Below, in pieces: positions 9,784-19,131 of a DNA stretch of 64,000 nt. Position numbers and translations under genes: made by a program. The stretch is from an uncultured Candidatus Saccharibacteria bacterium (GTDB lineage: Bacteria > Patescibacteriota > Minisyncoccia > Phycocordibacterales > UBA918), in NCBI GenBank assembly GCA_964402035.1, contig CAYOAM010000003.1:7921-71920 (forward strand). The letters run 5' to 3'. The notes below the pieces were generated by a model. It was not told the origin of the DNA. It saw nothing but the letters and a program-made list of their open reading frames with translations, and searched no databases. Numbering within the stretch: position 1 is the stretch's first letter; every line of letters starts with the position of its first letter.

Positions 9784-10791
9784 TTATTTTCCGGTTTCAT
9801 ACAATGTCTTTGCTCTATCCCACATATGCGCCTCTCCCTTAAGTTTGAGCCAGTACCACCACTCGGCTCCCCACAAAAACTGTGTGTCATAGCGCGTCTT
9901 CTCTGCATACATTAGTATTTCCTCAAATTTTTCTACATCCATGCGTTCATATTGAATATCGAGCGGTACATCAGTGATTGGTTCGAGTAACCACGGCTCA
10001 GCAGAAAGTTCTATGAGAAATGTTTTCTTGTCGCCATAGAAAAGTTTGAGCACGTTTTCTTTGATTCGATAAAATGCCGGCGGTAGTACTGTTTTAAACT
10101 GTCCAAGATCTGGATTCCAAAAATACACATACACACTAGTACCAAACGCATCCCCGGCAGTATACGCTCCCTTCCATGTACCAAGATTTCCACTATCGGT
10201 GACCAGGATAGGTCGTGTGCCATCGAGCGATCGCACGATCGCAATCTCTTCTTTGAGAAACTCTTCATCCAAATCACCACAGTGCTCTTTGGCGAACACA
10301 CCCAAAAATGGTTCATTTTCTACCTGCCAATAGGTAATATTTGGGGAATCTTTATAACGCTCAACAACCGCTTTAATGTACGCACGTAACTCATCTTTTT
10401 GCTCATCCCAGGAGAGATCTTTCGCCCACGATGGCACATGGCATTCAGGCCAGCGTGGCAGACGTCTTCCAACAGCAAACACCACATCAGCGCCGCGCTT
10501 CCCGGCCTCACTCACTTGATAGTCAAGCGCCGTAAAGTCATATCGATCTCGCTCAGGCTCCACCATCGTCCAATGTGCCGCGAGTCGCAAATGGCGCACC
10601 TTGAGCTCGTCCAATATTGCAATATAAGTTTCTTTCCAAGGTAATCCCAACTCCTGTGCGTACATCGTGTTGAAAGAAACGCCATACGTAATACGTTCTG
10701 GTACCGCTTTGCGAGACAAGAAAAAAATCACGGTCTCTAGAATGAGACACAGAATCAAAATCCAAAAAAGTATTTTTTTAAACATGCTCAC
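9784..10791 (-). CDS. Glycoside hydrolase, clan GH-A (GH5/GH42-like), N-terminally anchored
   Basis: N-terminal TM. The WQVENEP catalytic acid/base motif is characteristic of clan GH-A. Confidence 0.6.
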   Translation of the reverse strand: MSMFKKILFWILILCLILETVIFFLSRKAVPERITYGVSFNTMYAQELGLPWKETYIAILDELKVRHLRLAAHWTMVEPERDRYDFTALDYQVSEAGKRGADVVFAVGRRLPRWPECHVPSWAKDLSWDEQKDELRAYIKAVVERYKDSPNITYWQVENEPFLGVFAKEHCGDLDEEFLKEEIAIVRSLDGTRPILVTDSGNLGTWKGAYTAGDAFGTSVYVYFWNPDLGQFKTVLPPAFYRIKENVLKLFYGDKKTFLIELSAEPWLLEPITDVPLDIQYERMDVEKFEEILMYAEKTRYDTQFLWGAEWWYWLKLKGEAHMWDRAKTLYETGK

Positions 10792-11732
10792 ACAAAGAGA
10801 ACAAAAAATCCAATAGTAATGATTGCAGTCGAAATCGCTTTGTGATAGATATCTTCATTGCAGGTATGATTTTCTCCGCATTCAGGCGATGTAATGCGTC
10901 CCGTAAGCATTATGCTAAAGATCAAGATAAACACAAACTGCAAGCCAGCAAGCGCTTGCACAATAGCGACATTCCCAAGCGACGTTGCTTTGAGTATCAA
11001 TATGGACCCAATACCTGCAAGTAGTTTATTGCCGATCACCAACAGTCCTCCTCGAGCACTCGTTGCCTTTGTCTGTCCGCGTATTTTTTCAAAGTAACCG
11101 GGTATGAGTAGCATGGAGAGCGCTACGACAAAAAAAGCAGCTCGTGACCAAAAGAAACCGTTATCAAATGATGACGCATTAAAGAGCCCTTTGATAGCAA
11201 TATAGTGAATCGCAAAAAATATGCCCGCATGAACAGAGGAGAGGGCAATCGCAAGACGAAATCGTAGATGCGACACTACAAATGTACCCACCGATAAGAG
11301 CAATAAGCCCCACACAAAATTTGGTGTCAGCCGTGTACCAAGGAAAAGATAACTCAGTATAAACGAGACGATGGCGGAAATTGCACCGACAACCGGTATC
11401 ACGTCCGATGCATCTGCTTCGCGGAGTGCGGTATAGAGCGAGACGAGTGCCACAAAAAAAGTGTACCCGGAGAGCAGTGCGAGCGCTGCCATATTGAGCG
11501 AGGGCATTTCAACCTTCGCAAACGTTGGTGCACCCAGTGCTTGTAAAAAAGGGATTGGTAACAGTCCCACAAGAAAAACCAAGACCCACATGCCAGCGAG
11601 AATGCAGGTATAAAATGCATACACCAAGGGCCGCGGCATAGCCTTGGAGCTCGTCACAATATATTTATCTCCCATGGCGACCAACGCCAAAAAAAATTCA
11701 GCAATTGCCGCGAGTACTATCCACGAAAACAT
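10788..11732 (-). CDS. Polytopic membrane protein (DMT/EamA-like)
   Basis: About 10 TM helices. Its stop overlaps the downstream gene, suggesting an operon with the glycosidases. Confidence 0.45.
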   Translation of the reverse strand: MFSWIVLAAIAEFFLALVAMGDKYIVTSSKAMPRPLVYAFYTCILAGMWVLVFLVGLLPIPFLQALGAPTFAKVEMPSLNMAALALLSGYTFFVALVSLYTALREADASDVIPVVGAISAIVSFILSYLFLGTRLTPNFVWGLLLLSVGTFVVSHLRFRLAIALSSVHAGIFFAIHYIAIKGLFNASSFDNGFFWSRAAFFVVALSMLLIPGYFEKIRGQTKATSARGGLLVIGNKLLAGIGSILILKATSLGNVAIVQALAGLQFVFILIFSIMLTGRITSPECGENHTCNEDIYHKAISTAIITIGFFVLFV

Positions 11733-11739
11733 AACGACC

Positions 11740-12969
11740 TTATTCTATCGTGATTGCGTTTGCTTCGATGATTTCTTTATACACATAGGCTGAGGGCCGT
11801 ACGGTGCGTTCGAGTGTTTCGTAGTTGATGCCTATGAGCCCAAACCGCTTTTCAAAACCCAGTGCCCATTCGTAGTTATCAAGCAATGACCAGTAGAAAT
11901 GTCCACGCACATCGGCCCCACCGTCCATAGCACACGCGATCGCTACAACTTGTTTTTTGATGTAGTCCGCACGTCGCGTATCTTGAGCATCCGCAATTCC
12001 AGCTTCAGAAACAAAGAGTGGCTTTTTGTACCGCGCGAGCATCAGGAGCGCATCACACACACCTTCCGGATAGATGTTCCAATCCATATCCGATTTTACA
12101 TACGTTGCGGTATCACCAAATTTCTTATGGATGTAGTAGTTGAGTCCAATTGAGTCACATTTTTGGTGTACTCGCTTCATAAAACGATGTGTCCACCACC
12201 AATTCATGAATCGTGCTTTTAGTCGATTAAGCGGATTCTTGTTCGCTTGGAAAAGCACAATATGCTTTACGATACTCACCTCAGCCTGTGGCGCAATACG
12301 TTTTATGGCATCGTATGCAGCATTGTGTGATCGCCAGAGATTTTTAACAACACGAAAGTACAAAAAGAGCGGACTGATGCCTTTTTGATAGTGCGCTTCG
12401 TGTTGACGACCTGAATTGGTGATCTGTAGCATGTCGGTCAATGCAAAACGTTTAAACGGAGGCCAGCTTCCACGGAGCCAACCATCGGTTGCAAAAACTA
12501 TCGGCTCATTGATTGTCGAAAAATCGTTGCAGAGATCCTTGAGTCTTAAGACGACAAACTCACAATATCGTGCAAAAATTTCAGGTGCATCTTTTCGTTC
12601 AAAGCCCCCTTTCTCTGAAAACCACAAAGGCAATGTAAAGTGCCAGAGGGTTATAAACGGCGTCATGCCCCGTGCATGGAGCGTACGCAATACTGCTCGA
12701 TAGTGCTCTATAGCCACCTCGTCAAATTTCCCTTCTACAGGTTCTATACGCGCCCACTCAACAGAAAACCGATGCGCGTTGTGCCCTAACGATTTTGCAA
12801 TATCAAAATCTGCGGCGTAGCGCTCATAGTGTCCACACGCGCGACCGCACACTGGCACGCGTCCTTCGCGTGCAGCTTTCGCCCAATCGGTATTTTCAAT
12901 ACCTCCCTCGACTTGGTAGGAAGCGGATGCTGCACCCCAGTAAAACCCATCAGGAAATTTCTTTTGCAT
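11740..12969 (-). CDS. GH1 beta-glucosidase/beta-galactosidase
   Basis: The N-terminus FPDGFYWGAASASYQVEGG and the motif TLWHFTLPLW are characteristic of GH1. The C-terminus is YWSLLDNYEW…GLIGINYE. Confidence 0.85.
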   Translation of the reverse strand: MQKKFPDGFYWGAASASYQVEGGIENTDWAKAAREGRVPVCGRACGHYERYAADFDIAKSLGHNAHRFSVEWARIEPVEGKFDEVAIEHYRAVLRTLHARGMTPFITLWHFTLPLWFSEKGGFERKDAPEIFARYCEFVVLRLKDLCNDFSTINEPIVFATDGWLRGSWPPFKRFALTDMLQITNSGRQHEAHYQKGISPLFLYFRVVKNLWRSHNAAYDAIKRIAPQAEVSIVKHIVLFQANKNPLNRLKARFMNWWWTHRFMKRVHQKCDSIGLNYYIHKKFGDTATYVKSDMDWNIYPEGVCDALLMLARYKKPLFVSEAGIADAQDTRRADYIKKQVVAIACAMDGGADVRGHFYWSLLDNYEWALGFEKRFGLIGINYETLERTVRPSAYVYKEIIEANAITIE

Positions 12970-13028
12970 GTGTAGAGTATACCGTGATCGCAGACTACGT
13001 ACAGATCTTCAAAGGGACAAAAATCCGT

Positions 13029-13045
13029 CCAAGGCCGGACCTTGG
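13029..13045. repeat. 17-bp palindromic repeat copy A (CCAAGGCCGGACCTTGG), inverted relative to copies B and C
   Basis: Read directly from the sequence. It is the reverse complement of the copies at 13093 and 13787. Confidence 0.9.
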
Positions 13046-13092
13046 TATGGATATTAAGAGATATCGTCATGTATATAAAATAGAGTGAACAT

Positions 13093-13109
13093 CCAAGGTC
13101 CGGCCTTGG
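13093..13109. repeat. 17-bp palindromic repeat copy B (CCAAGGTCCGGCCTTGG)
   Basis: Read directly from the sequence. Confidence 0.9.
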
Positions 13110-13189
13110 ACAAGATTGTTATATTTTTACTACCAAGGGCAGCCCTTAGTAGAAGAGGCCTGTATAAAAACAACAAATGCCCCAGTATC

Positions 13190-13660
13190 AAATGATAGCG
13201 GGGACAGGCTCCGAAAAAATTAATTCAAATAAAGAACTAGGTGAAGTGGGTCTGCAGTGTCCCGGGGGACACTGCAGACCTCACCCATTCTCCGCGAGTC
13301 AACATCTGACTAGACTCGTCGCGGAGTACTCATCCGGGCAGGTTGGGTTGAGATACCCGGATGTCTTCTCTGACCACGGCGAGATATGCTATCCCGCCAC
13401 TAGGTCAGCGATCGCCGCGCCCGTTGTTCAGGCCGCGGTCGAGGTCGAGCCGCCAGAGTTGGCGCCGCCACCGAGGTTGAGGTTGCCGATCAAAAACAAA
13501 AGCTCCATTTCACGGCCGGTGGTACTTCGAAACACTTTCGCCATGGAATTCCCCATGAGTTTGGAATGCTGTGCGTGCAGCTATTCCACCGAAAAGACCC
13601 CGTCAGTCACCGTCGCTTCTGCGGCGGTAACCCTGGATCTGTGAAGTATCATAGCACACT
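13190..13660. ncRNA. Candidate structured non-coding RNA or structured element (GC-rich, multiple stable hairpins), identity unknown
   Basis: The only ORF here (13177-13644) is low-complexity and non-protein-like. Consecutive perfect or near-perfect hairpins are present. These include ggtctgcagtgtccc/gggacactgcagacc at 13249-13280 and ctccgcga…tcgcggag and catccggg…cccggatg at ~13288-13362. GC content is far above the flanking DNA. Confidence 0.3.
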
Positions 13661-13786
13661 CCATTTTTTTGTCAAGTATTTTGCAAGAACTTTTAGTAGT
13701 TGCAACATAAAACCTATATTTTGAGCCATATTATATAAAAACCTAAGAGGCTTACTATGCTATGACCATGGCTGCCCTATAGTAAT

Positions 13787-13803
13787 CCAAGGTCCGGCCT
13801 TGG
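13787..13803. repeat. 17-bp palindromic repeat copy C (CCAAGGTCCGGCCTTGG, extended palindrome aatCCAAGG…CCTTGGatt)
   Basis: Read directly from the sequence. It is a direct repeat of copy B, and B and C bracket about 690 bp of GC-rich non-coding DNA. Confidence 0.9.
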
Positions 13804-13837
13804 ATTAGATGTCTACATAAAAATTATTTTCTTCTTC

Positions 13838-14566
13838 TTAATATTCTCTGCGTACAGATCGTGGAGCAAGGTGCTTTACCCACTTTTCATAAAGTTCGGT
13901 CGTTGCGACCACATCGCGAACATTGTAGCGCGCGATATCAAGATACTTTTTTTCTGCAAACAGTTGCGCAACATCATCCCCTGTCACACCTTCCGCCTTG
14001 GGACTCTCTATACCAAACGCTCGGCAATACATGTGCAGTGATGATTTTCGAAACATGGCACCATAGAACGAAAGTTGATCTTGGAGATCTACATGCTTCG
14101 CATTCTTTTGCTGATAGAGATACCGCCCTTCCATCAAATCGCGCGATGGAGTGATGTCATGCGCAACCGACCGATGAACCAAAAACGGCACATCAAACCC
14201 ACGACCATTAAACGTCACGAACGTATCAAATTTCTTGGCTATGTCCCAGAATTCCTGCAGCATTTCTTTTTCACCACGAGGTTTCAGTATGTATCCATGC
14301 TCTTCACCCTCTTCTTTGGTCTCACCCTTATTGTCATAGAGAACCGCACCGCGCTTGCGCTCAAGGTCATAGATGCCGATGGCTACCACGTAACCCGTGA
14401 GTGGCGAAAATCCAAGTCCGTTTTTCAGATCATCAATCTCTGCCTCACGTTCCTCTTCTGTCTTTGAAGTTTTATCTATCCACCGCGTAAGTACTTCACG
14501 CGAAGTTTCATCGATATCTTCCCATTTCTCCCCCACGGTTTCTATATCAAAAATAAGTGTGGACAT
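13838..14566 (-). CDS. 3'-5' exonuclease, RNase H-like fold (PolB-exonuclease-like, DEDD)
   Basis: The N-terminus IFDIETVG (Exo I motif) is followed by motifs with conserved acidic residues (FNGRGFDVPFL, YNVRDVVAT). Confidence 0.65.
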   Translation of the reverse strand: MSTLIFDIETVGEKWEDIDETSREVLTRWIDKTSKTEEEREAEIDDLKNGLGFSPLTGYVVAIGIYDLERKRGAVLYDNKGETKEEGEEHGYILKPRGEKEMLQEFWDIAKKFDTFVTFNGRGFDVPFLVHRSVAHDITPSRDLMEGRYLYQQKNAKHVDLQDQLSFYGAMFRKSSLHMYCRAFGIESPKAEGVTGDDVAQLFAEKKYLDIARYNVRDVVATTELYEKWVKHLAPRSVRREY

Positions 14567-14614
14567 GTGTCTATTCTATCATCTCGAAAAGATCATCATA
14601 ATACAGCGCGGTAA

Positions 14615-14778
14615 GGTGACCTTGGTATGGCAAAATGCCCTCGCACAGGAAAACGATTTGTTTTGTATAATGCTTTTCACAAAACAAATCGTTTTTCGAG
14701 CGGAGTGGCCAAGCACTTCCTTTTCTCATAGAAAAGGAAGTGCTTGGAACACGTGGCTTTTGCCATACCAAGATCACC
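14615..14778. repeat. Nested palindromic element (about 165 bp): an outer 21-bp inverted repeat encloses two perfect internal hairpins
   Basis: The outer arms are ggtgaccttggtatggcaaaa and ttttgccataccaagatcacc. The inner palindromes are ggaaaacgatttgttttg…caaaacaaatcgtttttc (14648-14697) and ccaagcacttccttttctc…gaaaaggaagtgcttgg (14709-14747). Confidence 0.85.
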
Positions 14779-14800
14779 GAAACTTCATAGGCAGTTCTTT

Positions 14801-15970
14801 TTATAGGGAACCGCCCCGGATATCGACTAGGGTTTGCGAATAGGCGGACAAGCAGTGCTGGGTAAAATCAATACGCTGTGTGAGATCTGCTATATCTGAT
14901 CCCGTAAGAAAACCACCGATCGCCTTTTTTGGTTCAGCGAGCTTTAAGAATCGCCCACCTTTTGTATCAATCACGTATCGATAGAGGTTATTGCTCCCAA
15001 TCTGGAGCCACGACACTTGGGCGATCATGCTATCAATCGTCCCAAGCACAAGTGGTTTTAAAACTTGAGTTTCGTGATTTTCCAAAACACTATACGCACT
15101 TGCGAGTCCCTCTATATAGGGGCAGCGATTGCGCGTCGAGGCTGCATACCGCTTGTTATCAAGGAGTCGCCATGCTGTGTAACGGTCAACATACGAAACG
15201 TAGGCTGGCTGCGGTCGTGTCCTTTCCAAATCTTTGATCGCAGCCATGACCCAAAGATACAGTGGTGCATCAAAAAGCGTGTCGTTATTTAAATACGAGA
15301 ATGTTGTATCAACCATAGTTTTCACTTCAGTGCTCGGTGCATATTGGTCATACCGCACCAATGCTAAAAATGCTTCACCATTTGAAAACGAAGACTCGTC
15401 ATCCTTTTGTTTTTTGCGAGAAGGATAATAGTAGTACCTAAAACCGACATCATCCTTTTTCATTGTCATAATGTACGCCATATAGTCTAAGAGAAGTGGC
15501 TCGTACTTTTTTTTGAGATCGGGATATTCGGTCAAGGTGTTTATGACGCCAATAGCAGCAAGCGCCGTCGCACCTAACTTGCACGAAAAATCCTTCCCCT
15601 CTTTGATACAGCGAAACTCTTGACCAGCATACGAACCTGGGGCAGAAAGTGTTTCGAAGTATCCGATAGACCGCACCAGTTCTTTTTTAAAGTTATACGT
15701 ATTTCCACGATCAAGACGTTCAATTTCTGAAAGTTCAAACAGTGCTCCTGTCTGACGTACGATATTGTCATCATCGCGGTACACGCCTTCGTACGGCAGA
15801 TATTCATAGCGAAAATGCCCATTTTTCTCTTGTGAAGCGGCAAGCCAGAGTGCGCCACCTTTAACACTCTCTCTAAGTGCAGTATCAGAAAGCTTGGCCT
15901 CTGCATGCACCCCAAGCGGTGAAAAAATAAATATTGCTACCAGCAATAATGTGAGGGATTTGTACATCAA
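14801..15970 (-). CDS. Secreted hypothetical protein (possible alpha/alpha-toroid fold)
   Basis: Signal peptide present. One QxxNGxF-type motif reminiscent of prenyltransferase/cyclase repeats was seen. The fold assignment is not secure. Confidence 0.45.
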   Translation of the reverse strand: MMYKSLTLLLVAIFIFSPLGVHAEAKLSDTALRESVKGGALWLAASQEKNGHFRYEYLPYEGVYRDDDNIVRQTGALFELSEIERLDRGNTYNFKKELVRSIGYFETLSAPGSYAGQEFRCIKEGKDFSCKLGATALAAIGVINTLTEYPDLKKKYEPLLLDYMAYIMTMKKDDVGFRYYYYPSRKKQKDDESSFSNGEAFLALVRYDQYAPSTEVKTMVDTTFSYLNNDTLFDAPLYLWVMAAIKDLERTRPQPAYVSYVDRYTAWRLLDNKRYAASTRNRCPYIEGLASAYSVLENHETQVLKPLVLGTIDSMIAQVSWLQIGSNNLYRYVIDTKGGRFLKLAEPKKAIGGFLTGSDIADLTQRIDFTQHCLSAYSQTLVDIRGGSL

Positions 15971-15984
15971 GAGAGTATAGCAAA

Positions 15985-16749
15985 CTATACCTTGAGCGCA
16001 TCACCATGCCCCCTACTCCACGCATGAAAAGCTACTGCCGCCGATACCGATACGTTGAGTGATTCACAGCGTGGATGCATCGGAATAGAGAGAAGCACAT
16101 CGCACACCTCACGAGTTTTTTCTCGAAGTCCATCGCCTTCATTGCCCACGATAAATACCGTAGGGCGATCAAATACCTCGGTATCAATCGAACCCGTGGC
16201 TTCTCCCGCAAGACCATATATCCAAAAATCTTTTTCCTTGAGCTTGCGTGCAGTCGTGTTCACATTGCCCACCGACACCAATGGTATCTTGAATGCCATA
16301 CCTGCAGATACTTTGATCACCGCAGCAGTTACCTGTGCTTGATTGTGTTCAGGAATAAGTACTCCTGCGAGACCAAATCCGGCTGCCGACCGAATAATTG
16401 CACCCACATTGTGCGGATCTTGAATCTCACCAAGTAGGACGAGGCACGTATTTTCATTCACTTCGAGAGTCGATATAAATTGGTCATACGAAAGCACCAG
16501 TTTTGAGATGTCGAGCACACCAACCACACCCTGATGTACATTGTCTTCATCTATTTCGCCACGCAACTTTGAGGGCACGAGTTCTGAAACACGTATCTTT
16601 GCACCACTTAAAATATCGCGAAGTTCTGTGTCCTTTCTTGAAGATGCTAGAAAAACCTCTTTGAGCATCTTTTGTGGTGCAGCAAGTGCCTCGAGGACTG
16701 CATGCTTTCCATATATATAAATAAATGGGTTATCCATAGTTGCGAGCAT
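15985..16749 (-). CDS. rlmB: 23S rRNA (Gm2251) 2'-O-methyltransferase, SpoU/TrmH family (RlmB-like)
   Basis: N-terminal KH/L30e-like region (IYGKHAVLEAL) and SpoU motifs (GEIQDPHNVGAIIRSAAGFG…IVGNEGDGL…IPMHPRCESLNVSVS). The start was taken at the internal Met to avoid an overlap with the divergent gene. Confidence 0.8.
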   Translation of the reverse strand: MLATMDNPFIYIYGKHAVLEALAAPQKMLKEVFLASSRKDTELRDILSGAKIRVSELVPSKLRGEIDEDNVHQGVVGVLDISKLVLSYDQFISTLEVNENTCLVLLGEIQDPHNVGAIIRSAAGFGLAGVLIPEHNQAQVTAAVIKVSAGMAFKIPLVSVGNVNTTARKLKEKDFWIYGLAGEATGSIDTEVFDRPTVFIVGNEGDGLREKTREVCDVLLSIPMHPRCESLNVSVSAAVAFHAWSRGHGDALKV

Positions 16750-16792
16750 ACCACGATCACGATATTTGTCACATATCAAAGCGTGTGCTCTA

Positions 16793-17509
16793 ATGAGCAA
16801 TCACATGAAGCAGAAGCGCAACAAATCAGGTGTCCTCTTCTGGGAGACAGAATATAAAACAGGTAACCACCTAGCACTTTCGACGAACCCGAGCGAAGAT
16901 TTTCTCAAGTTTTTGCGATGGCTCGAGCGCGAGAGCGGACGCAAGGACCTCAACCCCACAATGTCTGCAATTGACCTCGGGTGTGGAAATGGCCGCAACC
17001 TTATGTACCTTGGTCAAACCTACAGCATGCGCGGTATTGGTATCGATATTTCAACCCAAGCGATAGCACAAGCAACAAAAGCAAGCTCTGGTATGCAACT
17101 TAAGTTCCAAGTGGGATCAATCGCTGACGCACTCCCCGTAGCAGATGAATCGCAGATACTTGCTATCGATGCAATGTCGTCACACGTCCTATCTCACGCC
17201 GAGCGCAAGCATCTCTTTGGCGAAGTAGCGCGCGTACTGCGCCCAGGCGGATGGTACTTTTTTAAAACTTTCCTCCTTGACGAAGACACCCATGCCAAGC
17301 GACTATTACGAGACAATCCTGGCTCTGAGGAAGGATCATACATTCACCCGGTTATTGGTGTTGCCGAATACGTATTTGGTGAAGATGAAATTATTTCACT
17401 TGTTGAAGAGTATTTCAGTGTCCACAAAACGCTAAAGTCCCACGGCCACCTCCGCAAAGGTACTGCAGCCAAACGCCGTAGCATCTCGATCTACGCTCAG
17501 AAGCACTGA
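16793..17509 (+). CDS. Class I SAM-dependent methyltransferase
   Basis: Motif I IDLGCGNGRNL and post-I acidic residue. The start was taken at the ATG at 16793. Confidence 0.7.
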   Translation: MSNHMKQKRNKSGVLFWETEYKTGNHLALSTNPSEDFLKFLRWLERESGRKDLNPTMSAIDLGCGNGRNLMYLGQTYSMRGIGIDISTQAIAQATKASSGMQLKFQVGSIADALPVADESQILAIDAMSSHVLSHAERKHLFGEVARVLRPGGWYFFKTFLLDEDTHAKRLLRDNPGSEEGSYIHPVIGVAEYVFGEDEIISLVEEYFSVHKTLKSHGHLRKGTAAKRRSISIYAQKH

Positions 17510-17519
17510 AGGCAAAAAT

Positions 17520-17548
17520 TTGACAAACTGTAAATAATATGCTTAATT
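17520..17548 (+). promoter_or_regulatory. Candidate sigma70-type promoter upstream of the RND efflux operon (TTGACA-17-TTAATT)
   Basis: TTGACA at 17520-17525, a 17-nt spacer and TTAATT at 17543-17548, about 40 nt upstream of the MFP start. Confidence 0.3.
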
Positions 17549-17589
17549 TAAGCACACATTTTTAGTGCGTTATATTACTTAAAGCCTCT

Positions 17590-19125
17590 ATGGAAACACT
17601 TATGACCTGGTATCGCCGCTTGGAATCGTGGTACGGACGACGCGTCATCATAGGCGTTGTCTTGGCTACCCTACTGCTCGTAACTCTCGGCTTCTATCTT
17701 GGAACACGTGCAAGTGTCGCTGTAGATACACCGGAAACAAAAGCAAAGGAAGTTCGCGTTGCTAGGGCAGGATCGCTACTTAATAATGCGGCAGTCCTTC
17801 GTACTGTGGGAACCGTGCGCGCTGTTTCTGAAGCACGACTCGAAACTGAAAGTGCGGGTCGAGTGACTGCCGTAAACGTTAAAATTAACGATTTTGTACA
17901 GGCAGGTACTATCCTGGCGTCCATCGAAAACGCGAGCGAACGCGCCTCCCTGCTCCAAGCGCAAGGTGCCTATGAATCAATGCTTGCATCAAATGCGCAA
18001 TCAACAATCGGCCTTACTGAAGCAACGGCTGGAGCAGAGAACACTTACCGCACCGCATTTACGACCGCCGATGATGTCGTTCGCAATCTTACCGACGAAC
18101 TTTTTTCAAATGCAAACGAAAGTAATACTGGTCTTAAGATTGATGGCAACGGAGCCGCCCCCCGCCTCAATGCTGAGCGGGCTCTGATCGGGTCCATCCT
18201 ATCTGCGTGGAATACAAAGGTGCAAGACATCCATGCAAATGATCGCGCGGATCTCCTTTCAGAAGCAGGGCGTGATCTCACTCGCATCAGTACATTTGTC
18301 TCTGATCTTGCGTTCTTGGTCGCAGACGAAAAACCAAATGCCGCCTTTTCTGAAGACACACTCGCAAGCTACAAGGCACGACTGGGTGCCGCACGAACAC
18401 GACTCGACGGAACGCTTCAATCAATCACCAGCGCGCAGAACGCACTCAAGAGTGCTCGTCAGTCAGTTGAAGGAGGTGCTGTCGGTTCAGAATCAGAAGC
18501 CCGATTAAAGCAATCACTTGGTGCTCTTCGTGCCGCACAAGCATCATATGAAAAAACAATAGTACGTTCTCCTATCAGCGGAACCGTTAACGCGATCTAT
18601 CTCACTGCAAATACATTTGTGGGAAATGGTGCACCTGCCGCAGTTGTTGCGAACAATAATGCACTTGAAATCACCACCTCAGTTGGTGAAAATGAGCGAG
18701 CGTTTGTTGCTATCGGAAGTACGGTCCGTATCAACGACACATGGGATGGTACGATCACCCGGATTGCACCCGCTATCGATCCACAAACTGGCAAAATTGA
18801 AATAAAGGTTAGTGTAAACGCAAAAAGTGACGAGGCAAAACTTGCAAATGGCACCACGGTATCACTTGCCCTTGCAGCCGAGAGCAGTGCAGACACTGCA
18901 AACGACCTTCGTATTCCGATCAAAGCTTTGAAAATAACACCGCAAGGCACGGTGGTGTTTAGCGTGTCCGACACACAAACACTTATAGCAATACCCATAC
19001 TCATCGACACCATCATTGGCGACAGTGTGCGTATCAAAAGTGGTATCACGAGCGAATCAGTTATCGTCGATGATGCCCGTGGACTCAAAGAGAACGACAC
19101 GGTTACGATCGTTACTGGATCATAA
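17590..19125 (+). CDS. Efflux RND transporter periplasmic adaptor (membrane fusion protein, HlyD family)
   Basis: N-terminal TM. Biotin-lipoyl-like region (VKINDFVQAGTILASIEN), a long coiled coil and C-terminal beta-barrel domains. Confidence 0.8.
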   Translation: METLMTWYRRLESWYGRRVIIGVVLATLLLVTLGFYLGTRASVAVDTPETKAKEVRVARAGSLLNNAAVLRTVGTVRAVSEARLETESAGRVTAVNVKINDFVQAGTILASIENASERASLLQAQGAYESMLASNAQSTIGLTEATAGAENTYRTAFTTADDVVRNLTDELFSNANESNTGLKIDGNGAAPRLNAERALIGSILSAWNTKVQDIHANDRADLLSEAGRDLTRISTFVSDLAFLVADEKPNAAFSEDTLASYKARLGAARTRLDGTLQSITSAQNALKSARQSVEGGAVGSESEARLKQSLGALRAAQASYEKTIVRSPISGTVNAIYLTANTFVGNGAPAAVVANNNALEITTSVGENERAFVAIGSTVRINDTWDGTITRIAPAIDPQTGKIEIKVSVNAKSDEAKLANGTTVSLALAAESSADTANDLRIPIKALKITPQGTVVFSVSDTQTLIAIPILIDTIIGDSVRIKSGITSESVIVDDARGLKENDTVTIVTGS

Positions 19126-19131
19126 ATATCT

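Noticed and set aside
9443-9892. 149-aa plus-strand ORF
   Set aside because: It is antisense to the small-protein operon and the GH-A glycosidase 3' end. Its composition is non-protein-like.
13177-13644. 155-aa plus-strand ORF spanning the GC-rich island
   Set aside because: The sequence is low-complexity and Pro/Ala/Arg-rich, as expected from GC-rich non-coding DNA. It has no RBS and no domain resemblance. It is treated as non-coding.
13190-13660. Attempted assignment of the GC-rich island to RNase P RNA, tmRNA or SRP RNA
   Set aside because: Neither strand contained the conserved GGAAAGUCCGGGC / ACAGAA / GGUAAA blocks of RNase P. A tRNA-like GGUUCGA T-arm with an ACCA-proximal acceptor for tmRNA was absent. 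The SRP domain IV motif was absent. The RNA is left unclassified.
14397-14843. 148-aa plus ORF and the 68-aa minus ORF (14571-14777) crossing the nested palindrome
   Set aside because: They read through perfect inverted repeats, so the two strands give mirror-like peptides. They are an artefact of the palindrome.
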